Origin: a virus
DNA length: 64,000 bases
IMG/VR virus record: IMGVR_UViG_3300046467_002136
Span: 1-64,000 of that record
Strand: one strand, 5' to 3'
Positions 56,936-64,000 of the stretch are shown here, one piece after another. Numbering within the stretch: the first letter of the stretch is position 1; each line of letters begins with the position of its first letter. Position numbers and translations under genes: made by a program. The notes beneath the pieces were generated by a model. It was not told the origin of the DNA. It searched no databases and was given only the letters and a program-made list of their open reading frames with translations.

Positions 56936-57804
56936 AATATTCTTTCTTCAAAATAGGCTTCTACTTCAGCCAAGGTCGGAGTGTCCCAAAGCTCGCTCCT
57001 ACCGTGAGCTACATCATATTTATATGTTCCGTAATACTTGAAATCGTCGTGCAGCTTTGGCAGCCAGTGAGGCTGAGTCCATGTGGCCACGTCATCCGGT
57101 TCAGCGATGCGCACCGGAGTGTTGAGTCCGAAGAACCCTAAATAAGAAAGTCTTTCACCGGAAGTAACTGGCTTAACGGAGTGTGCAGCTATGTAATTGG
57201 CAGGAAAGTACATGCAATCACCAGTTGACAATCTGACTGTGGTGTCTAGATATGGGAAGAAGAATTCACCGCCCTCGTAATCATCGTTGAGACCCGTCGC
57301 ACAGGCAACAACCTGAGCGCCTTCTATCTGGTGAGAAGGCAACTCCCTTTTTCCATTATGTGAACTAAAGCTTGACGCCTGATCGTTGTGGGTGTCCATC
57401 CATTGCAAGTCGGTGTAGCTCAGGGCATATCCTCTGGTGCGCCACCAAAGTGTTTCCGCTAGCAACGGGTACTCCGTCATGTAATCAACCAAATACATGT
57501 ATCGGAAGTCTTCTAAAACCCCCCACTCTAAATCGATGTCCTCATCCGTATCCTGAGTCACCACTTCATGTATTCGTACCGGCTGCTGTGGGAGCATCGG
57601 CGTTTCAAGCTTGGCCCTGTCGCTGACGTAACGCTGCAGCATGGGCTCGATCGTCGTTACATCTCTATATATAACGACTCCCGGCGCAGGCGTTTCCTTC
57701 CGACCCAACCCCCATAGAGCTTCCTCCCAACAAGTTCTCGGGTGCATGATGGCGTCAATGAACTCTTCCACCTCGGGAGTGTAGGCATCCATTTTATTAG
57801 TCAT
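56932..57804 (-). CDS. 2OG-Fe(II) oxygenase (WW subfamily), outlying copy
   Basis: LWWRTRG...HND...LNDDYEGGEF.F...FPANYIAAHSV.PV.SGERLSY. Confidence 0.85.
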   Translation of the reverse strand: MTNKMDAYTPEVEEFIDAIMHPRTCWEEALWGLGRKETPAPGVVIYRDVTTIEPMLQRYVSDRAKLETPMLPQQPVRIHEVVTQDTDEDIDLEWGVLEDFRYMYLVDYMTEYPLLAETLWWRTRGYALSYTDLQWMDTHNDQASSFSSHNGKRELPSHQIEGAQVVACATGLNDDYEGGEFFFPYLDTTVRLSTGDCMYFPANYIAAHSVKPVTSGERLSYLGFFGLNTPVRIAEPDDVATWTQPHWLPKLHDDFKYYGTYKYDVAHGRSELWDTPTLAEVEAYFEERIL

Positions 57805-58336
57805 CGAATTTCCCTACCGCTCTTGACCAGTCGATGTTCTCCAAGGCTTCCAAGTGGTTCTTAGGCCATTCGTATTCCGAAGCATCAAAACGAGATCGAC
57901 CCATTTGTTCGAGAATCCACGCATCACACATATCGTCGGCACCCTTGCCCTCCCAAACTAATCCAGTTCGGGCAGAGATTGCAGAGATGACTTCAACCTT
58001 TGACGCGTTTCCTCTTCCGGTTGCGAACTTGGCACGGCAGGTCGGAGGGATGTCTACGACGGTGTAGTTGTCCTCGTGCAGAGCAAGACGAATGACGCCA
58101 CCCAGTTCTCCGATGGAATGAGCCTGACTCGCCCGCGAAGCAAACGAGTAGCCCTCAATCAAGACCACATCCGGGCGATGTTCCCGGCAGACGAGCATGA
58201 CCTCATCCCTGATGGCCGCAAGCCGTTCCACACCCTTCTCCTTAACGGCGATTGCGCCCATGTCTTTGTCACAGGAATATCCCGTAGATGTAAGCGACAG
58301 GTCAAGACCCATAAACTTCATGGTTTTTTTCGCCAT
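57797..58336 (-). CDS. RuvC-like Holliday junction resolvase
   Basis: GLDLSLTSTG, VLIEGY, ELGGV, KFATG.GNA.K, DD.CDA. Confidence 0.85.
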   Translation of the reverse strand: MAKKTMKFMGLDLSLTSTGYSCDKDMGAIAVKEKGVERLAAIRDEVMLVCREHRPDVVLIEGYSFASRASQAHSIGELGGVIRLALHEDNYTVVDIPPTCRAKFATGRGNASKVEVISAISARTGLVWEGKGADDMCDAWILEQMGRSRFDASEYEWPKNHLEALENIDWSRAVGKFDD

Positions 58337-58698
58337 CCGGGGATAGCCAAGCCAAGCTCGATTGCAGTTGCCGGTTCACGTCCGATACGGTCATGACAAT
58401 CACGACACACAGCCATAAGATTTTCTTCTTCAAGAATGGAGCCACCCTGTGAGCGGCGTTTCAATTCGTGAATATCGACGCTTGCATTCCGTTTGTAAAG
58501 TGTTACCTCATCGTGCTGTGCCCAAATTGGGCATGCCTCACAGTAGGGTCGCTCTTGCAGGAGACGAGACACCACCTTCCTGCGTTCGACGTACTTCTGC
58601 TGCATCTTCTTGCTGCGTGGGTTAAGAGAGCCTGTTCGCTTTAATGAGCCACTTCGTTTAAGCGGCCCACCACGGTTCATAGGCTTCTTGCGTTTCAT
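58318..58698 (-). CDS. HNH endonuclease
   Basis: CEAC...DIHE...RSQGG....NL.AVCRDCH. Confidence 0.8.
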   Translation of the reverse strand: MKRKKPMNRGGPLKRSGSLKRTGSLNPRSKKMQQKYVERRKVVSRLLQERPYCEACPIWAQHDEVTLYKRNASVDIHELKRRSQGGSILEEENLMAVCRDCHDRIGREPATAIELGLAIPGWRKKP

Positions 58699-59204
58699 AC
58701 GGCGTCACTGGTTACCTGATCAAAGTCCCACTTATTCTCCAACGCTGCCCACAAGGCACGATCAATAGCCGTATCTTCCAAGTCGTGCGCATCCATTAAT
58801 TCGCGGTGCTTCAAAATTGCGCGACGGTAAAAATTAGCTGATTCAAACGGATTCATGTCAATAGGTTTACCGGTCTGAATCATTCCCTTAACTTGGCTCA
58901 AACGGTTATCAACATGGAACTTAAAACGTTCGACCTTTGTTTTTTTAGACGCATATGCATTTTCTGCCTCTTTGGCCAACTTGCGTCCGTCTTTACCCAG
59001 AGCCATATAGCGATTCGCGTCTGATTCGGCATCTGCATCGATACTCTCAATCTGAGTCAAGAGGTTTTCAGACAATGCGTTCAGGGCGCGCTTCCAACGA
59101 TCCCAATTTACCGACTCCAACAAAACTTTCCGGTGACCCGGCGACAACTTGTTTTTGACTTCTTCCGCAACTAATTGCGCAAAAGAATCATCTGTTATTT
59201 GCAT
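58695..59204 (-). CDS. Hypothetical protein
   Basis: Helical ORF; AI..HR...D.ALW. Confidence 0.65.
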   Translation of the reverse strand: MQITDDSFAQLVAEEVKNKLSPGHRKVLLESVNWDRWKRALNALSENLLTQIESIDADAESDANRYMALGKDGRKLAKEAENAYASKKTKVERFKFHVDNRLSQVKGMIQTGKPIDMNPFESANFYRRAILKHRELMDAHDLEDTAIDRALWAALENKWDFDQVTSDAV

Positions 59205-59206
59205 TT

Positions 59207-60433
59207 TCAACTCCAAGCAGGACACTGGGGCTTATACGCACACCAATTGCACAACGCCGTTTTCCTGGTCTCAAATTCATGTGTCTCACATGAAACATCT
59301 ATGGCCTTTTTAGTACTTACAACGTATTCGACAGTCTCATCAAAATCACTTTGGGTGAAATTGTGTTCTAGCCTCACGCCATCTTTTAGATACAGTAATT
59401 CTAATTTTTCGGTTTCACCCACTCCCAATACTCTGGCTAATGCGCCATAAATTTTGAGTTGGAGAAACTTGTCGTCACTATAGTTCGGATTCGGAGTCTT
59501 GCCGGTTTTGTAATCGCTGATAACCAGTTTGTCACCAGTCAAGGAATAGCGATCGATAAACCCTTTGAGAGTTACCCCTCCGAGCTCTCCATTGAGTTCA
59601 TACTCCAAGCCCTCTGGTTCGATCGCCGTGGGCTCTTCGACCACCCACAAGTTTTCAACACACCAAACAGCACGCCATTTAAATTGACGGATGCGTTTGT
59701 CGCCCCTGACATATGGGTGAATCCGATTAATCCAGTCACCCGACTCCCACACTTCCGCGAAGAGAGGAGTAATCAGTTCCTTGGTCCTCTCGCTGGAGTC
59801 GTACATGTAGAACTGTTCACAAACATCGTGAACCAAGTTCCCCAGCAGGGTCGCCTCACTGGGCTCATCGGGAAGCTTGTCTATTTTGCTGAAACGAAAC
59901 TTCATTGGGCATTGGTTGTATGTGCCCATCGAAGACGGGGACAGATGTGGTGGTGCTTCTAACTTCTCAATCACCGAGGAACCTCCTGTGGTCGGCTCAG
60001 ATATTTCAGGAAAAGAGATCCATTCCAAAACAGGAGTCAGCGAGCCGATGTATCGGTTACATGCTCGGCCACCCTTCGTTTTGCCATCACGGTCCACCAC
60101 TGTCACATATCCAAGGCGCTGAAGCTCGTTGACTCTGGTTCTGGCGCTGGAATAGGCGGCTGGGCCGTAATGCTGGACGTAAAGTTCGTGAGCACGCTCT
60201 TGTGAGATCGGCCCGTTTTCACAGACGATGTTAAGCACCCGAACTTTTAGTTCAGTCAGCTTTTCTTTGGTTATTGACCGAGCAGCCTCGTGCGACGTGT
60301 CTGGATCGTTGCGCTTAGCAACTGCCCCTTTGGCAACTCCCAACAGTTGGTCAAATAGCGAACCATCTTCGAAATCGTCAAATAGCTGGCCATCACCCAC
60401 TGGAGTCGCTGTCGTTTTCATCCTTTTCGACAT
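59207..60433 (-). CDS. PD-(D/E)XK RecB/Cas4-like exonuclease with N-terminal winged-helix domain
   Basis: LSPS....Y.QCP, G..VH, G.IDR, DYKTG, QL..Y, C.WC....C; N-terminal R.DP.TS..AA...R..EL...G. Confidence 0.85.
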   Translation of the reverse strand: MSKRMKTTATPVGDGQLFDDFEDGSLFDQLLGVAKGAVAKRNDPDTSHEAARSITKEKLTELKVRVLNIVCENGPISQERAHELYVQHYGPAAYSSARTRVNELQRLGYVTVVDRDGKTKGGRACNRYIGSLTPVLEWISFPEISEPTTGGSSVIEKLEAPPHLSPSSMGTYNQCPMKFRFSKIDKLPDEPSEATLLGNLVHDVCEQFYMYDSSERTKELITPLFAEVWESGDWINRIHPYVRGDKRIRQFKWRAVWCVENLWVVEEPTAIEPEGLEYELNGELGGVTLKGFIDRYSLTGDKLVISDYKTGKTPNPNYSDDKFLQLKIYGALARVLGVGETEKLELLYLKDGVRLEHNFTQSDFDETVEYVVSTKKAIDVSCETHEFETRKTALCNWCAYKPQCPAWS

Positions 60434-61064
60434 ACTCTGCGTTGAACGACAGGCGAATTGCTTCTTCTGAGAGAGCCGTCAGGTCGGCTACGGTCGCTGT
60501 ATCTAGCTGCGGCTTGGGCCTATCGTCAGAGAACTCAACCCAAAACTCGTTGAGCTTGGCCTTCTGATCGCCGTCTAGAGTTGCCGCTACAGACGTAAAG
60601 GCTTCCCATGCCGCTTTGATTGCCGGATCGAGCGCCTCTTCTTCGGCAACCTCTTGCTCTAGTTGGAGTGATTCGTCCGACCTTGCGAGGTACAAGCCAA
60701 CGCCAAGAGCCTGCGCAGCTTTCTTGAGAGCGTCAGAAACGGCACCTTTCATCTCATCGCCGAGATCGACGGGGTCACCGTTTTTCATTCGTTTGATCTT
60801 TTGGCCACCAAAGCCGTCTTTGTAAACAACATTGCTGTCGATCACAGCGGTGAGGCGAACATGTGCAATAGCCCAGTCGGAATCCACCGCATCACGGTGG
60901 CAATCCCTGACCTCATAAGACCAGTTCTCGATTCCCAGTACGGTATTGAGACGAGTGATGACTTCGCTGACAGGGATATAGGTGAGGGAGGTCCCTCCCT
61001 TTGTCAGACTGCGTTCGACTTCCCGTGGGAACGGTTCTGAAAGCTTTTGTAGTATGTCGCTCAT
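60393..61064 (-). CDS. Rad52/Rad22-family single-strand annealing protein (Sak-like)
   Basis: YI....V..RLN.V.G...W, K.A.SDALK.AA..LGVG..L. Confidence 0.85.
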   Translation of the reverse strand: MSDILQKLSEPFPREVERSLTKGGTSLTYIPVSEVITRLNTVLGIENWSYEVRDCHRDAVDSDWAIAHVRLTAVIDSNVVYKDGFGGQKIKRMKNGDPVDLGDEMKGAVSDALKKAAQALGVGLYLARSDESLQLEQEVAEEEALDPAIKAAWEAFTSVAATLDGDQKAKLNEFWVEFSDDRPKPQLDTATVADLTALSEEAIRLSFNAEYVEKDENDSDSSG

Positions 61065-61549
61065 AGGGCTTCGCCCCTCCTAACAATGACGCTGGTTTTT
61101 GGCTCAGATGGTTCGCAATATAGATCGGCGTTAAGGCCAATCTCGTTCAACTTCCCCACCCTCCAATAAGAAGGAGCAAGGTAGTCAAGCATTTGAAGGG
61201 CCATCTCTTTTGCAGTGACGACCACTTCACCGGTATCCATATCAACTGAGGACTGCTGAATTCGGTCCATCACCACGTTGGCGAGGACTTTGTGGTTCCA
61301 GCCCTTTCGGGTAGAACCCATCTTGCGTTCCACCTGAGCGCCATCGCGCAGGTCGATAAGTGGATCGTCGACCATGAGGTTGCCTAGCAACATTGAGACT
61401 CGGTCGTAAACAATCCCAAGTTCGACCTTGGCCAGATTCAACTCTAAGACCAAATTGGCTACATCTTGGGTTTCGCCGTCTATCTCACCGACTCGATCAT
61501 CAAGCTGTGCGAGAAGCAAACGGAGGGTTCTAACATGCTCCAAATTCAT
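61061..61549 (-). CDS. Hypothetical protein
   Basis: RK.W.H, DTGEV, WRV..L..IG...D.YC; coupled to the annealing-protein gene. Confidence 0.65.
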   Translation of the reverse strand: MNLEHVRTLRLLLAQLDDRVGEIDGETQDVANLVLELNLAKVELGIVYDRVSMLLGNLMVDDPLIDLRDGAQVERKMGSTRKGWNHKVLANVVMDRIQQSSVDMDTGEVVVTAKEMALQMLDYLAPSYWRVGKLNEIGLNADLYCEPSEPKTSVIVRRGEAL

Positions 61550-61584
61550 AACAACTCCGGTTAGTAGGGGGTATCGCTATTACT

Positions 61585-62892
61585 TCAGACAACGATAGCG
61601 ATTCGTTTGCGCTGAGGCAACCCCAATCCGGTTAAGTGTGTGAAGGCCCCTGTGGCCGAGTCGACTTGATCGTCGTGATCGCAGGCTTCAGGGAAAGTGG
61701 ATAATTCGTCAAGCCAGTCGGTCAGCCATGGTCCACGCACTGCTCTGACGTTGCCGTTAGCGAGTGCGGCAGCAAATGGGCGGGCACGGGTAACCTTGTC
61801 TCCGGTGGCGCGCATACCAATGAAATCGTAGCCGGGCACGATATAGCGAGCGTACTGATCTACAAGGGCTTTTCCAGAGGAGCCCGGCTCTTGTTCCATC
61901 CTGATTGGAACTCCATGCCCATCTTCGTAAGCGGTTTGGGCGATCATTTGTTCCACTTTTTCCCCTTTGACCCTTGCACGCTTCACGTCAATAACGTAGG
62001 CAATTCCTTGATCAAACATCATCAGGGTTCCTACGGTCCAGTCAGGATTAGGGTTGGATGAGGACGGTTCGGTAGCAGCCAAGTCCCAGAAACGCACAGC
62101 CTTTGCCATCGAAGTCAACTCTGGGATTTCGTTCTGATCCAACAGGACAACCGATTCCCTATCGAACAGAGAGCCTAAAGTGGTAGACCACCAATCGCCT
62201 TCTTCGAGTCGTCTACGTTCCACGGGGTCCAAAGCCTGCAACGATTGTCGGTATGACTCAGCATCAATGCCCGGGTTGTCTTGTAAATAAGATGGAACGA
62301 AAACTCGTCCCTCATTCTGACCCTCGATAATGAAACGCTGTCTAACCCAGTTAGGCGCGGGGTTAGAGGCACATCTCATCCGCAGAGGAACTTTTGACAG
62401 TGGACCTGACGCCGGACGGCGCAAGCGAGAGAACAAGTAGCGATAATCGGCTTCCCGGATTTCCGTGACCTCGTCCATCCCGATGAATTGAAATTCCGCA
62501 CCTTTATACCGTAAGTAGTCCTGGCTGTTGTTTAGGTAGCCAAAGGTGATGCGTGCGCCAGAGGGGAAAGTCGCCGTGTAAGTGTTGGCGTTCCAGCGGA
62601 TTTCGTCGTTTGGCCCTGTCCAAGCTTGGAAACGATCCATGATCGCTCCCGGCAGGGCAAGGTCGGCGTAAGTGCGACGGAATAGAATGGCCGAGTAATT
62701 GGGCACATCAACATATTGGAGTGCTGCCATTAAAAGGGCTGAACTTTTCCCACCACCCGCAGCACCACCGAAAAGAGCTTCCAACGAATAAGTGCGTAAG
62801 AAAACTTTTTGAGTAAGAGACGCTTCCTCTGGGCAGTAAGGTGATGCGCGCGGCTCTAGGTAATCGAGTATCTTATTCCAATCCGTAGTCAC
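61585..62892 (-). CDS. terL: Terminase large subunit
   Basis: GGAAGGGKS Walker A, GMDE Walker B, ASNP, WDLA, E.EPGSSG, K..RA, HDDQVD. Confidence 0.92.
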   Translation of the reverse strand: MTTDWNKILDYLEPRASPYCPEEASLTQKVFLRTYSLEALFGGAAGGGKSSALLMAALQYVDVPNYSAILFRRTYADLALPGAIMDRFQAWTGPNDEIRWNANTYTATFPSGARITFGYLNNSQDYLRYKGAEFQFIGMDEVTEIREADYRYLFSRLRRPASGPLSKVPLRMRCASNPAPNWVRQRFIIEGQNEGRVFVPSYLQDNPGIDAESYRQSLQALDPVERRRLEEGDWWSTTLGSLFDRESVVLLDQNEIPELTSMAKAVRFWDLAATEPSSSNPNPDWTVGTLMMFDQGIAYVIDVKRARVKGEKVEQMIAQTAYEDGHGVPIRMEQEPGSSGKALVDQYARYIVPGYDFIGMRATGDKVTRARPFAAALANGNVRAVRGPWLTDWLDELSTFPEACDHDDQVDSATGAFTHLTGLGLPQRKRIAIVV

Positions 62893-62912
62893 TCAATCAC
62901 CTCGCAGTCTTA

Positions 62913-62930
62913 GCCTATTCTAGAATAGGC
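62913..62930. promoter_or_regulatory. Perfect 18-bp palindrome containing TAGAAT on both strands, in the divergent terL/portal intergenic region
   Basis: gcctattctagaataggc; the half-site agcctattct recurs at 62941. Confidence 0.5.
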
Positions 62931-62970
62931 GACAAAGCGCAGCCTATTCTTGACTATTGTAAGAGGGCAC

Positions 62971-63147
62971 ATGAACATTTGGATGAAACTCAGAAACCTG
63001 CAGGAGCAAGGAGTAATAGCAAACGCTCTAATGGTATCATTTATCATACTTACAAGCGTCGGTGCAGCGATGGTATATCCGCCGTTGGGCCTTATAGTAG
63101 GGGGTCTAGCTTGTGGCATATTCGGATTTCTACTGGGTCTTGAGTAA
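62971..63147 (+). CDS. Small membrane protein preceding the portal
   Basis: Two hydrophobic segments; GAGGG RBS. Confidence 0.7.
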   Translation: MNIWMKLRNLQEQGVIANALMVSFIILTSVGAAMVYPPLGLIVGGLACGIFGFLLGLE

Positions 63148-63149
63148 CA

Positions 63150-64000
63150 ATGGCGTGGAACTCTACTAACAATCAGTCTTTAGAAGATACAGCTCAGCGG
63201 AAGACCGCTATTGGACCCGGCGCGCCCATAGCCACAAATCCGACACTTGCTGGACAACCTTATTATGACGCATGGGACATTGAACGGGCGTACCGAGAAG
63301 GCATGCAGAAGGTCACATGGGTGGCCCGTTGCGTAGATGTGATCTCAGGCAACCAAGCACGCCTCCCAGTTGTTCTTCGTGAGGGTAATGCCCCAGATGG
63401 AAAACTAGTTACAAGTTCTTCCGTTATGAAGGAAAGCACAATACTAGATATCTTGAATACTAAATCTAATATTGGTGAAAATTCATTTATATTCAGATAC
63501 CGGCTTTCAGCCCAACTGCTGATGAGTAGCCGTGGTGCCTTTATAGAGAAAGTGCGTTCTAGAGACGGAAGAATTATCGGGCTAAATCTGCTTCCCCCTC
63601 AACACACCGCACCAGTACCTCATCCAAAAACATTTGTGTCTGGTTATGAAGTCGCCATGCCCGACGGAAAGAAAGTACGTCTTAAGCCAGAAGATGTTGT
63701 TTGGGTTCGGAGACCACACCCCATAGACCCTTACCTGTCGATGACCCCAATGGAGTCTGCGGGCGTTGCTATAGAAATCGAAAACCTCGCGAAGCTGTAT
63801 AACCGTAACTTTCTTCTTAATGATGGTCGGCCCGGTGGCCTTTTGGTTCTCCGTGGAGAAATCGACGAAGACGATAAGAACGAATTGAGATCACGATTCA
63901 GGGGCAACCTTGGTCGGGTTGGTTCAACCACAGTGGTAGCTGCTGACGATGGAGTTGACTTTGTCGATACGTCATCGAACCCGCGTGATGCCGCCTACAT
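63150..64000 (+). CDS. Portal protein, HK97-like (truncated by window end)
   Basis: Manually translated from ATG 63150: V..CV..I....A.LP; G.AFI; P; F..N.GRPGG.L; open to the window end. Confidence 0.88.
   Translation, partial: MAWNSTNNQSLEDTAQRKTAIGPGAPIATNPTLAGQPYYDAWDIERAYREGMQKVTWVARCVDVISGNQARLPVVLREGNAPDGKLVTSSSVMKESTILDILNTKSNIGENSFIFRYRLSAQLLMSSRGAFIEKVRSRDGRIIGLNLLPPQHTAPVPHPKTFVSGYEVAMPDGKKVRLKPEDVVWVRRPHPIDPYLSMTPMESAGVAIEIENLAKLYNRNFLLNDGRPGGLLVLRGEIDEDDKNELRSRFRGNLGRVGSTTVVAADDGVDFVDTSSNPRDAAY

Noticed and set aside
59207-60000. Cas4 as evidence of a CRISPR system
   Set aside because: It is a PD-(D/E)XK nuclease paired with a Rad52-like annealing protein, a standard phage recombination pair
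1-64000. tRNA, rRNA, integrase or transposase genes
   Set aside because: None recognised by eye; intergenic gaps are mostly too short; tRNAscan/Infernal not run

Overview
This window is a segment of a large contractile-tailed (myovirus-type) phage genome of about 50% GC. A Gram-positive, probably actinobacterial, host is inferred from an r1t-type holin, a PASTA-like domain and a lipoprotein. From right to left it holds: a portal gene (+ strand, truncated) divergent from the terminase large subunit; a recombination block (Rad52/Sak-like annealing protein, PD-(D/E)XK exonuclease, HNH, RuvC-like); a ParB / PAPS-reductase(IbrA) / ParB(IbrB) module; neck, sheath, tube, tail chaperone, tape measure, baseplate and tail-fibre genes. 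Next comes a ~20 kb enzyme island (8.2-27.8 kb) with 13 2OG-Fe(II)/TauD-fold genes (two more lie elsewhere), a flavin-dependent tryptophan-halogenase homologue, two methyltransferase-like genes, two DUF6065-like genes, a thioesterase, a dehydrogenase and a glutathione peroxidase. The island is bracketed by low-complexity, proline-rich repeat proteins: a PASTA-like domain followed by 25 Pro-Pro-x-Phe units, and a Gly-rich protein with xxG(D/N)PP hexapeptide arrays. At the left edge is a >1600-aa lipoprotein, absent from the ORF track, with a papain-like Cys/His/Asp triad and Trp/Glu-rich repeats. The best candidate for a new system is a phage-encoded post-translational tailoring cluster acting on proline-repeat virion or surface proteins. 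All functional calls come from motif recognition by eye; no database search was run.
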